From: Candidatus Eiseniibacteriota bacterium
Lineage (GTDB): Bacteria > Eisenbacteria > RBG-16-71-46
NCBI GenBank assembly: GCA_963717935.1
Contig: CAVQXP010000004.1
Span: forward strand, 388,898 to 452,897
Length of the DNA stretch: 64,000 nucleotides
Direction: 5' to 3'
Position 1 is the stretch's first letter. Every line of letters starts with the position of its first letter. Shown in pieces: positions 26,758 to 37,025 of this stretch. The translations under genes and the position numbers were made by a program. The notes under the pieces were generated by a model. The model worked only from the letters and a program-made list of their open reading frames with translations. It made no database searches and had not been told where the DNA came from.

Positions 26758-27876
26758 CTAGAAGCTGAAGGCCTGGCACTGGACGGTGAACAGCTTGTGG
26801 TCGTCGCTGCCGTCCTTCTTCATCAGGGTGTAGCCGGCCTTGACGTTGGACTTGTGGCCGTCCAGCCAGTAGGCCAGGCCGAACTGGAGCGCCCGCTCGT
26901 CCTGTCCGTGCGCGTCCTCGTCGAACATCCTGCCCGACACCTGGACGAAGGGCGTGACCCGCTGGGCGATGAACGTGAGCCCGGCCTCGATCATGTACGT
27001 GTCCTGCTTGTACAGGGCCGAGCCCAGGAAGTCCCCGCCGTCGTACGTGGCGTAGTTGCCCTGCAGCGTCACCGCCGGGCCACCCGCGAGCGGGTAGTCC
27101 AGGCAGGCGTCGCCGAAGTAGGCGCGATAGTCCCGCTGCGCGTCCGCGCCCAGGCCCACCGTGAAGGCCTTCCTCTTGCCCAGGGAGGTGCCGCCGTAGA
27201 AGAGCGCGTTCGCGGCCTCGAACGGCGTGAACGAGAGACGGCCGGCCATGCGGAAGGAGTTCTGCGCGAGGACCCCTCTCACGCCCTGCAGCAGGGCGGC
27301 GCGATACTCGAGGTGCTTGTCCCCCAGGATGCCGCGCGCCTGCATGCCCACGTCACGCCCGATCTTGGCCTTGAGCGGCGAGGACTCGATGAAGGTGAAG
27401 GGACCGTAGTCCAGCGCCAGCAGCGAGGCCGCGCTCTGCAGGTGGTTGTAGGCGGCCGGGGTGAGCAGGAGGCCGAAGTCCAGCAGGAGGGCGTCCTTCA
27501 CCGCCCAGGTCGCCATGAAGTCCTGCAGGTAGACGTCCGGCTCCGCCTTGAGGCCCGCGGCGTCCGCCTTGCCCCAGTTGGGGGCGTCGGTCTCGGCGAA
27601 GAAGCTCAGGCGGTCGTTGATCTTGCCGCCCCAGAGCAGGCGGATGCGGCGCAGGTACAGGTTCTGGGAGGTGGTGGCATCGGAATCCGTGCCGATCGTC
27701 TCCCACTCGGCCCTCCCTTGGAGCAGGTAGCCCAGCTTCAGGCTGGACTGCCCGTCCGGAGACGTGATCTGCCACTGCGCAAGGGCCGGAGCGGCCAGGA
27801 CGACCGACAGGACGAGAGCGATGAAGCCGGCGCCTACACCGTACGTCGCGAGGCCGCGATTTGGACCACGGGGCAC
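26758..27876 (-). CDS. Outer-membrane porin (OprO/P-like or generic beta-barrel porin)
   Basis: C-terminal …VQCQAFSF with a terminal Phe, and pervasive amphipathic beta-strands. GTG at 27876 lies 5 nt after AAGGAGG and gives a 33-aa signal peptide (…GFIALVLSVVLAAPALAQ). Confidence 0.7.
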   Translation of the reverse strand: MPRGPNRGLATYGVGAGFIALVLSVVLAAPALAQWQITSPDGQSSLKLGYLLQGRAEWETIGTDSDATTSQNLYLRRIRLLWGGKINDRLSFFAETDAPNWGKADAAGLKAEPDVYLQDFMATWAVKDALLLDFGLLLTPAAYNHLQSAASLLALDYGPFTFIESSPLKAKIGRDVGMQARGILGDKHLEYRAALLQGVRGVLAQNSFRMAGRLSFTPFEAANALFYGGTSLGKRKAFTVGLGADAQRDYRAYFGDACLDYPLAGGPAVTLQGNYATYDGGDFLGSALYKQDTYMIEAGLTFIAQRVTPFVQVSGRMFDEDAHGQDERALQFGLAYWLDGHKSNVKAGYTLMKKDGSDDHKLFTVQCQAFSF

Positions 27877-28062
27877 TTCGACCTCCTTGAGCCAGTCGGC
27901 TCCTTGGTGGACCTCCCGGTTGACCGAGGGTGAACGTGAGAACGACATCGGCGGCCGGAATACCCCGCCCCAGGCAACGGGCCCCCCGCCGGGTCGAGCG
28001 GCTGCCCGGGCGGGGACGCGGGATGGCGGACACCCCCCGCGCGAGCAGCGCCGCGACTCCCC

Positions 28063-30963
28063 TTACACCGTCCGGCTCTCCGCCGCCTTCAACTCCAGCC
28101 ACTGCACCCCCGCGGCCCACACGTCGGGGTCGAGGTTCGCGAGGCGCTCGTGGCGGTGTCGATGACAGGTCATCACGATGACCTGGTGGTCGCGCGCGAG
28201 GGTCCCGGCCAGCACGCGCATGCCGGCTCGCGCGCGTTCGTCGTCGCTGTTCGCGAAGACGTCGTCGAGCAGCAGCGGCAGCGGATTTCCGGGCTTCGAG
28301 AGGAACTCGCTGATCGCCAGCCGCACGGCCAGGTGAAGCTGGTCGCGTGCGCCGGTCGAGAGCTGGAGCAGCGCCTTGCCACGGGCCGACTGCTGGCCAT
28401 CGCTCAACCGCAGCGAGAAGTCGAGATCCTCGCCGAAGCGCACCTGGTCCACCTGGGCGCCCATCGCGGCGAGCAGCTCGCCCACGCGCCGGTTGAGGAA
28501 GTCGGCCCAGCGCCGGTGGGTTTCGAGTGCCACCGCCTGGATCGTGGTCGCGGCCAGCTCCACGGAACGCTTGAAGCGCCGCGCCCGCTCCAGCGCCTGC
28601 TCGATGCGCGCCTGCTCGGCCAGCAACTCGGGCTCGCGCGCGGCGGCCCGCCGCACCACTTCGTCCACCTGCTGGCGCAGATCGCCGCGCTTGCGCTGCA
28701 CCAGCTCGATGATCTCGCGCTGGCTGCGCACCTCGCGGTCCAGGTCGAGCGCGGGGCGCGGCGCCCCTGCCGCCCCGGAGTCGAGCGGTCCGCCCGCCTC
28801 GGCCTCGAGCGCGGTCAACTGCGACTCGAGTTCCGAGACCTCGGCGGTGTCGCCGGTCCGCTGCTCGGCCTGCGGGATCAGCTCGTCGGTGAGCAGCGCC
28901 AGGCGCGCGCGCAGCCGCGAGCGCTCGGCCAGATCCCTCACGTGCTCGCTCCACGGCAACCCGGGGTCGTACGAGAGCCCCGCGAGCTGCAGGATGCGCA
29001 TCGCCCGCTCGTGCAGCCCCGCCACGGTCGCCTCGTCGAGGCGCTTCTCCTCGTCCACCCACGACCAGCTCTTCTCGAGCTCGGCCAGGCTCTGCCGCAC
29101 CGCCGCCATGTGCCGGATGCCAGCCGCCACGCTGTCGAGGTGGGCCGGATCCGGCGGGCCGCCACCCGCGCGGTCGAGGCGCTCGCGCACCTCGGCCAGG
29201 ACCTCGAAACGGCGGGTCTCGAGCGTCTCCACCTGATCCTGCGTGCGCTGGACCGGGTTCGACTCGTCCTGCATGCGCTGGTACTCGTTCCAGTCGCGCA
29301 TCAGCTCGACCGCGTCGCGGCAGCCCAGCGTGCCTGCCAGTTCCTCGAGCCCGACCTCGGCCTCGGCTCGCTGGGTCCGGAGCGAGTTGATCCGCCGCTG
29401 CGCCTCGGTCAGCTGGCGCAGGGTCCGCTCGCGCTCGCCGCGCCGCGCGCCCTCGGCGAGCGCGACCAGCACCACGCCGAGCAGGCCGAGCAGCAGGCCA
29501 CCCCCGAGCAGCGTCAGGCCCATGCGCAGGTCGCCCCGGACGCCGAACAGCACGCTGCCGGCGATCGCCGCCCCCACGCCGAGCGCCGCGAGGAACCAGC
29601 CCGGCAGCTTGCGCCCGGCTCGGTGCGCGTCGATCTGGCGCAGGGTCTCGGTGTTCCCGGTGCGTGTCTGCTCGAGATCGGCGACCTCGGTCTGGAAGGC
29701 GAGCGCCAGAGCGGCCTGCCCACCGAGCAGCGACTGCTGCTCCTCCGTCAGCGAGCCGAAGCGCGCGGCCAGGGTCTCGACACGCGTGGGCTCGTAGCCC
29801 CGCTGGCCGAGCGAATCGCGCAGGCCGGCGACCTCCCCGCGCAGCCGCTCCTCGTCCTCTGCCAGCCGGCGCAGTTCCGCCGCCAGCGCCACCAGACGGT
29901 CGGCGTCCTCGGTCGAGCAGCCCTCGTAAGCCTTGAGGCTCTCGAGCGTCGTCTCCAACTCCCCCCGCCGCCGGCTCTGCTCCTCCTGACGCCGCGCGTC
30001 GCGTGCGGCCAGATTCTTCAGGGCCTCCTCGTGCTTCACGATGGTCTCGCGCAGGTCGGCCTCGGCGTTGGCCGGCAGGTGCCCGTACGGCGCGAGCGTC
30101 TCGGCCTCGGCCTGCAGCTGCGCGAGCGCTTCGCGACGCCCGCGATGCTCCTCCAGCCGGCGTACGAGGTCGCCCACCACGGTGGCGCGCCGCTCGGCAT
30201 CGAGCCGCGCGATCGCTTCACGCGCAGCCTGTTCCTCGGCTCCGAGCCGCGCGAGCTCCTCGAGCGGACCGGCGACCTGCAGACGGTCGTGTTCGAGCGT
30301 CTTGAGCTCGCTCGCAAGGGTCTCGCGCTTGAGCTCCAGGCGCGAGATGGCGTTCTCCACCGTGCCGGTGAAGTCCACCTCGTCGGTGTTGTACTTGCGC
30401 AGCGCGCCCTGCAGCACCTGCAGCGCCTCCACCGCGTTCGTGTCGCCCCCGCGCGTGTCGGCGGCGCTCTCGAGCCGCGCCTGCAGCGTGCCGCCGCGCC
30501 GCGCCTTCTCGTCGCCGGGAACCACCTGGTCGAGTTCACCCTGCCGCACCAGCGCGCACTTCTCGAACTCGTCGGCGTCGAGGCCGAGGAGCTTCTTCCC
30601 CACCGGGAAGCTCTCCTTGCCCTCGCGGAACGAGGCCGTGACCTCCAGGCCGCGGTCGTCCCAGACCTCGACCGTTCCGCGTTCGAAGTCGCGTTTCACC
30701 GTGTAGACGTCGCCCTCGCACTCGAGTTCCAGTTCGACGCGGTAGGAGCCGCCGTCCCACGGGCGCCAGCGGTCCACCGGCGTGATCACCTTGTGGCTGC
30801 GGCGGTCGCCCTCGAGCCCGTAGAGCGCGGCCGAGATGGCGGCCAGCAGGCTCGACTTGCCGGTCTCGTTGCGGTCCACGACCAGCGTGACGCGGCTGCG
30901 GTTGAAATGGTACTCGCCACGCAGCGGTCCGAAGCCGTCCACCCGGAGTCTCAGGAGCCTCAT
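28063..30963 (-). CDS. SbcC/Rad50-like ATPase (966 aa) with a central transmembrane hairpin; YhaN-like
   Basis: N-terminal Walker A (LVVDRNETGKSSLLAAI), long heptad coiled coils, then two hydrophobic helices (LPGWFLAALGVGAAIAGSVLFGV and LTLLGGGLLLGLLGVVLVALA) at the coiled-coil apex. The C-terminus has signature/Walker B/D-loop (LLLDDVFANSDDERA). There is no CxxC zinc hook. The ATG overlaps the SbcD-like stop (ATGA at 30960-30963). Confidence 0.8.
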   Translation of the reverse strand: MRLLRLRVDGFGPLRGEYHFNRSRVTLVVDRNETGKSSLLAAISAALYGLEGDRRSHKVITPVDRWRPWDGGSYRVELELECEGDVYTVKRDFERGTVEVWDDRGLEVTASFREGKESFPVGKKLLGLDADEFEKCALVRQGELDQVVPGDEKARRGGTLQARLESAADTRGGDTNAVEALQVLQGALRKYNTDEVDFTGTVENAISRLELKRETLASELKTLEHDRLQVAGPLEELARLGAEEQAAREAIARLDAERRATVVGDLVRRLEEHRGRREALAQLQAEAETLAPYGHLPANAEADLRETIVKHEEALKNLAARDARRQEEQSRRRGELETTLESLKAYEGCSTEDADRLVALAAELRRLAEDEERLRGEVAGLRDSLGQRGYEPTRVETLAARFGSLTEEQQSLLGGQAALALAFQTEVADLEQTRTGNTETLRQIDAHRAGRKLPGWFLAALGVGAAIAGSVLFGVRGDLRMGLTLLGGGLLLGLLGVVLVALAEGARRGERERTLRQLTEAQRRINSLRTQRAEAEVGLEELAGTLGCRDAVELMRDWNEYQRMQDESNPVQRTQDQVETLETRRFEVLAEVRERLDRAGGGPPDPAHLDSVAAGIRHMAAVRQSLAELEKSWSWVDEEKRLDEATVAGLHERAMRILQLAGLSYDPGLPWSEHVRDLAERSRLRARLALLTDELIPQAEQRTGDTAEVSELESQLTALEAEAGGPLDSGAAGAPRPALDLDREVRSQREIIELVQRKRGDLRQQVDEVVRRAAAREPELLAEQARIEQALERARRFKRSVELAATTIQAVALETHRRWADFLNRRVGELLAAMGAQVDQVRFGEDLDFSLRLSDGQQSARGKALLQLSTGARDQLHLAVRLAISEFLSKPGNPLPLLLDDVFANSDDERARAGMRVLAGTLARDHQVIVMTCHRHRHERLANLDPDVWAAGVQWLELKAAESRTV

Positions 30964-32180
30964 GCGCCGAGCTCCTCGTAGGCGGGCACGACCTCGTGCA
31001 GACGGAATGCGTCGAGCCCGTAGAACAGGGCACCCTCCAGGTCCGCGCGGCGCGCGGGGTCGGTCTCGGAGTCGAGCTGCTCGAGCAGCGCGCGTGCGAA
31101 GCGGTCCTCGGTGGTGACCGGGTCGAGCGCGCGCAGCGCCGCGAGGTCGTAGTCGGGACGCAGGGCGCGCGAATCGAGGCGCAGATGGAAGGCGCGCGGC
31201 CGCAGCTCCGGCCCGGGCACCGTGTAGCGCACACCGCGCGCGAGCCGGCCGGCAAGGCGCACCACCACGAGGTCCGCATCGCCGGTACCGGCCTGGTCGA
31301 GCGCGCGCAGCACGCGGTGGTCCACCTGCTCGGCGGAGGTGGCACCCGTCACCTCCACCCTGACATCGTAGACGCGCCGCCGGTCCAGCTCGATGAACTC
31401 GAGCTCGGCGCGGACCGGCCCCGCGCCCGTGGTGAGGCGGACCTCGTACGCCCCGTGCCGGCCCAGTTCGCTCACATCCAGCGAGATCGCGGCACCCGCG
31501 TTCGCGAGCCGCGCGCTGCCGTCGGATTCGAGACTCCCCGGCGTATGGATGTGGCCCACCGCGAGGTAGTCGAAGGGCGAGGCCAGCACTTCGGCATCGG
31601 AGAAGGGCGCCACCGGCTTCTGGCCGGGCGGGAGGAATCCCTCGCGCGAACCGTGGAAGACCGCGACGTTCGCTCCCTCGGCCCCCGCGGCGGCCAGCGG
31701 CAGGAGCGCCTCGCGCGCGAGCGGTCGCGCTGCCGACTCCACGCCCTGGATCGAGCAGCGGCCCCAGATGCGGACCGCGTCGACGCCCGAAAGCGGCACC
31801 GCCGTCCACTCGGGTGAGTCGAAGACATGCACGTGCGCCGGCCAGGCGAAGCCGCGCGCCTTGAGCAGCGCCGGGTTCCAGTACGGACTCGTGGTCGAGC
31901 AGGGATCGTGGTTGCCGGGCGCGATGAAGACCGGCGGGCAGCCGTTCACGCCGAAGGCGTGCACCGCGAAGGCGAGCGTGTCGGCGTCCACGTAGTCGAG
32001 GTCGAACAGGTCGCCCGGCACGAGGATGGCGTGCGCGCCACGCTCGATCGCCTGGCGCACGGACAGGTCGAGCGCGCGGCGTTGGTCGCTGCGCCGGTCG
32101 GCGCGCTTGTCCGGGGGCAGCCAGCCGAAGGGACGACCGAGATGAAGATCGGAGACCTGCAGGAAGCGGATCACGGTCAT
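30960..32180 (-). CDS. SbcD/Mre11-like metallophosphoesterase nuclease (406 aa); YhaO-like
   Basis: ATG at 32180 gives MTVIRFLQVSDLHLG…ILVPGDLFD…GNHD…, the calcineurin-like phosphoesterase motifs I-III, then GHIH. The upstream part of the 1563-aa ORF is artefact. Confidence 0.8.
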   Translation of the reverse strand: MTVIRFLQVSDLHLGRPFGWLPPDKRADRRSDQRRALDLSVRQAIERGAHAILVPGDLFDLDYVDADTLAFAVHAFGVNGCPPVFIAPGNHDPCSTTSPYWNPALLKARGFAWPAHVHVFDSPEWTAVPLSGVDAVRIWGRCSIQGVESAARPLAREALLPLAAAGAEGANVAVFHGSREGFLPPGQKPVAPFSDAEVLASPFDYLAVGHIHTPGSLESDGSARLANAGAAISLDVSELGRHGAYEVRLTTGAGPVRAELEFIELDRRRVYDVRVEVTGATSAEQVDHRVLRALDQAGTGDADLVVVRLAGRLARGVRYTVPGPELRPRAFHLRLDSRALRPDYDLAALRALDPVTTEDRFARALLEQLDSETDPARRADLEGALFYGLDAFRLHEVVPAYEELGA

Positions 32181-32416
32181 GCGCTGGGGACTCCTTCCCG
32201 TGGCGCGTCGAGGATGAACCCGGGACTGCAGCACCGGCACCGGGCGTGGCCAACCTATCAGGAAGGATGCGGCCGGGCAATGAGTTGGATGCGCGCCGGA
32301 CGCCGGGCCCGCACGCGACCGGCGCGCGCGGACACCGGGGCGGACCCGGGCGGGTGGTTCGCCGCCGGCCCGCTGGCGGCGCGCGCGGACACCGGGCTAG
32401 GATGTGCGCCGCCACC

Positions 32417-33157
32417 ATGTTCCAGCCCACTCCCACCGCCGCCCCCGTCGCCGAGATCGAGCGCCGCCTCCGCTGGCGGGTGCTCGCGGTCGGCGGCTTC
32501 CTCGCGCTCATGGTGATGCTCGCCGTGATCGCGGCGGTCTCGGTGCTGGTCCCGGCGCGCATCGTCACCGGCCTGCCCGACGACGCGGACGTGACCGCAG
32601 CAAGCGCGGTCCTGCGCGCCCGCCTGCCCATGCGCGCGGGGACCCTGCGGTTCCGCTCGGCGCTCGCCGGCGAAGCCCCCCGGGGCGCGATCTTCGACGC
32701 CGACCGGGACCGGCTCGCCGAACGCGCGGCCCTGCTGCTCGAGCGTGCCCGCACGCGGCACCGGGGCGACCCGCGCCTCGACGTGGCGCTCGCCCACCTC
32801 GACCTCGCGCGCCAGCGCTACGCCCTCGCCGAGCGCCGCTACCGCGCGGTGACCGACCGGGGCGTGGACTCGCCCGAGGCGCGTCTCGGGCTGGGCGTGG
32901 CGCTGGCCCTCCAGGCGGACGCCGAGCGCGAGCCGCTGCGCTCTCGCGCGCTGCGGCTCGAGGCGATCGCGCAGTTCGTGGCCGTGGACCCGCGCGACCC
33001 GGCGTTCGGGCCCGCGCTCTACGACCGCGCGCTGCTGCTCGACCAGGTCGGCCGCCGCGCCGAGGCCCTGCGCGCGGCGCGCGAATACGCCGCGCGCGAC
33101 TCCGTCAGCCCCTGGGCCGCGCAACTGAGACGGGAACTGCGGGACACGGCGGACTGA
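32417..33157 (+). CDS. Hypothetical membrane-anchored protein with TPR-like helical repeats
   Basis: ATG at 32417 gives MFQPT…, then a TM (VLAVGGFLALMVMLAVIAAVSVLV) and Ala/Arg/Leu-rich antiparallel helical repeats. Only weak evidence supports this beyond a clean ORF. Confidence 0.4.
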   Translation: MFQPTPTAAPVAEIERRLRWRVLAVGGFLALMVMLAVIAAVSVLVPARIVTGLPDDADVTAASAVLRARLPMRAGTLRFRSALAGEAPRGAIFDADRDRLAERAALLLERARTRHRGDPRLDVALAHLDLARQRYALAERRYRAVTDRGVDSPEARLGLGVALALQADAEREPLRSRALRLEAIAQFVAVDPRDPAFGPALYDRALLLDQVGRRAEALRAAREYAARDSVSPWAAQLRRELRDTAD

Positions 33158-33274
33158 CGTTCCCCGCGAGGCCTGGCTCGACCGGGCCCGCCGGTCCTCG
33201 TCGCAGCAGCCGAACGTCCGCGGCCACCCCGCGGGAGGCCGCCAGACCCGGTGTCGTGCCGGGGCCACGCACGC

Positions 33275-33337
33275 GAAGACCTCCGTCCGTGGAGAAGGGC
33301 TGGCTGAACCCAGCCCTTCCACCACGCGGAGGTCTTC
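33275..33337. terminator. 63-nt imperfect nested hairpin (outer 11-bp stem GAAGACCTCCG/CGGAGGTCTTC, inner 10-bp stem) between convergent genes
   Basis: Read directly from the sequence; it lies 33 nt downstream of the subtilisin gene stop (minus) and 118 nt past the plus-strand gene stop. Confidence 0.45.
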
Positions 33338-33369
33338 GTCTTACCTGCGACTCAGCAGAACGACAAGAA

Positions 33370-34776
<1,407 letters not shown>

Positions 34777-35107
34777 GGTCTACCCCCTCCTGGTGGTTTC
34801 GCGGCGCCGGACTCCCCATGGGCGCCCGCAGACCGTCAGACGACGGTCGCAACGCGGCCCACCTCCCGTCTCGATGGCGGAACGAATAAGAACCCGGTCA
34901 CACGCGCCTGCGATTCTAGCTTCCCTCCCGGCCTTCGTCCAAGGGTTTTTCCCCCCACGCCGGCCCGCCGGGCGCCGCTACCGCGCGGCGACCGAGCGGG
35001 ACGTGGACCCGCCCGGAACGCCCAAAGCGCCGCGCGCGAGCCCGTCAGTCCCCGGGCGGGGCGGCCGAGTCGGGAACCGGGGACCACAGGGGGACCGGGG
35101 TGGAAAC

Positions 35108-36910
35108 TCAGCGCGGCGCTCCGCCCCTTCGCCGCTCGGCCTGCATGCGCTCGATCTCCCCCAGGACGGCGCGGCTCTCGGGGTTGCCCGGGTCGCGCCG
35201 CAGCAGCGCCAGGACCGCGCGGTGCGCCTCGTCCAGTTCGCCGAGCCGCAGCGAGACGACGCCATAGCCCTGCCAGGCGACGACGTTCGACGAGTCCCGC
35301 GCGATCGCGCGCAGGTAGACCCGCTGCGCCGCGCGCAGGTCACCGCGCATGGTCTCGGCCATGCCCCACTGCGTGAGCACGCGCGTGCTCGGCTGCGTCT
35401 CGGCGGCGCGCCCGAAGGCCGTGGCCGCATCGTCCCAGCGCTCGCGGTTGAAGTTGCGCACGCCCACGTAGTCCCAGGTCCTGCCGCGTTCCTCGGGGCC
35501 GCGGGACGGAGGCTCGGTCATCAGCGCCGTGACGCGCACGAGCCCGCGGTCCACGTCGGTCTGGTGCGCGAGCCACTGCACGCTGGGCGCCGCCGCCGCG
35601 AGCGCCAGGGCGACGCCGACCCAGGCGAACGCCGGTGCGCGCCGCAGGGTCTCGCCCACGAGCCACGCCGCGAGCAGGGCGACCGTGATGCCCGCCTCCG
35701 ACAGGGTGTCGTAGTCACGGAACACGCCCTGCCACGGGTGGACGAAGAGCAGCAACCCGAGGAAGGGGACGGCGAGCGTGATGAGCAGCGCGGCCTCGCG
35801 CCCGCGCGGGAGCCGCCGGCCCCAGGCCAGCGCCACCAGCAGCAGGACGGGCGCCAGCGGCGCGAGCAGCACCACCACGTTGGGCAGGTCCACGGCCCGG
35901 GTGCCGGCGAACATCGAGGCGAGCAGCCCGCCCTGTGCCTTCACCTCGGGCGAGGCCAGGTGCATGCCGGGATCGAAGCGCGTGAACGTCCTCACGATGC
36001 GGCCGAGCGTGAGCGTGAAGGCCAGCACCGGCAGACCGGCCGCCACCCAGACCGCGGGGGCCCGCACCGCGGCGGGCCTCGCGTGCAGCGCGAGCGCGAA
36101 CGCCAGGAGCACCGCCGGGACGAAGCCCACCACCGAGCGGTGGAGGAAGGCGCCGAGCGCGAGGGTCACGCCGAGCGCGAGCAACCCGCGACGGGAGCCC
36201 GCGGCGCTCGGGTCGCACGCCGCGCGCAGACCGAACGTGGCCACCGCGACGGCCAGCAGCACCATCTCCCCGTTGACCTTGCTGTAGCCGGTGTAGAGGC
36301 CGAGGTAGCCGCCGAAGAAGACGGCCGCGGCGACCACCAGCGCGCCCGTGCCGCGCAGGGCCAGCGCGCGCGCGAAGGCGAGCGCGAGCAGGGCGAGCAA
36401 CGCGGCCTCCAGGGCGCCAAGGGCCCGCGGCGCCCAGTTCAGGTCGAGCCGGCCCGCGCCCATGAGCCGGGTCGGCAGGTCGACGTGGAGGAACGCGTCC
36501 AGGGGCATCGCCTGCGGGAAGATCACGGCCGCGGGGCCGGCCTCGTCGATGGCGCCCTGGCGCAGCTGGAAGTCGCCCACGAAGCGCACCTGGTCCGGCA
36601 GGGCGGACACGAGGAGCGCCGCGCAGGCGACCGCCACGAGCGTCGCCACCCACGAGCCGCTGGCGATCGCCTCGCCGGCGCGGCGGAACGCCGGCTCCAC
36701 GCGGCGGGCGAGCGGCGGCACGAGCGCGAGCGCGGCGAGCACCCACGGCGCCCACGCCCACCACGGCGCGAGGAAGCGCTGCAGGTTGAGGCTCCAGCCG
36801 TACATGTTCGGCACGAAGGCGAGCGCCGCGCGGGCCAGCACGAGCAGCACCAGCGCCACCCAGAGCGCGAGCGCCGCGCGCCGGGGCGCCCGGTCGGGCG
36901 CGTGCTCCAT
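35108..36910 (-). CDS. Polytopic membrane protein with C-terminal TPR repeats (PMT/GT39- or DUF2723-like putative glycosyltransferase)
   Basis: About 11 TMS in the N-terminal 430 aa, then TPR motifs (…WDDAATAFGRAAETQP…, …AWQGYGVVSLRLGELDEAHRAVLALLRRDPGN…). The ATG at 36910 was preferred over the Arg-rich 43-aa extension at 37039. Confidence 0.6.
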   Translation of the reverse strand: MEHAPDRAPRRAALALWVALVLLVLARAALAFVPNMYGWSLNLQRFLAPWWAWAPWVLAALALVPPLARRVEPAFRRAGEAIASGSWVATLVAVACAALLVSALPDQVRFVGDFQLRQGAIDEAGPAAVIFPQAMPLDAFLHVDLPTRLMGAGRLDLNWAPRALGALEAALLALLALAFARALALRGTGALVVAAAVFFGGYLGLYTGYSKVNGEMVLLAVAVATFGLRAACDPSAAGSRRGLLALGVTLALGAFLHRSVVGFVPAVLLAFALALHARPAAVRAPAVWVAAGLPVLAFTLTLGRIVRTFTRFDPGMHLASPEVKAQGGLLASMFAGTRAVDLPNVVVLLAPLAPVLLLVALAWGRRLPRGREAALLITLAVPFLGLLLFVHPWQGVFRDYDTLSEAGITVALLAAWLVGETLRRAPAFAWVGVALALAAAAPSVQWLAHQTDVDRGLVRVTALMTEPPSRGPEERGRTWDYVGVRNFNRERWDDAATAFGRAAETQPSTRVLTQWGMAETMRGDLRAAQRVYLRAIARDSSNVVAWQGYGVVSLRLGELDEAHRAVLALLRRDPGNPESRAVLGEIERMQAERRRGGAPR

Positions 36911-37025
36911 CACGCCGTGCGCGCGCGCGGTGGACCGCCGGGCGTCACGCGCGTCGGGACGTCGCGGCGCTCTGCGCTCGTCCGAACGCCTCGGCGTTCC
37001 GCGCTCGTCCGCCGGCCGCCCCGCC

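Noticed and set aside
28063-32754. Single 1563-aa ORF
   Set aside because: It splits into an SbcC-like gene (28063..30963) and, in the other frame, an SbcD-like gene. The N-terminal 500 aa of the long ORF are Ser/Arg/Ala-rich antisense junk.
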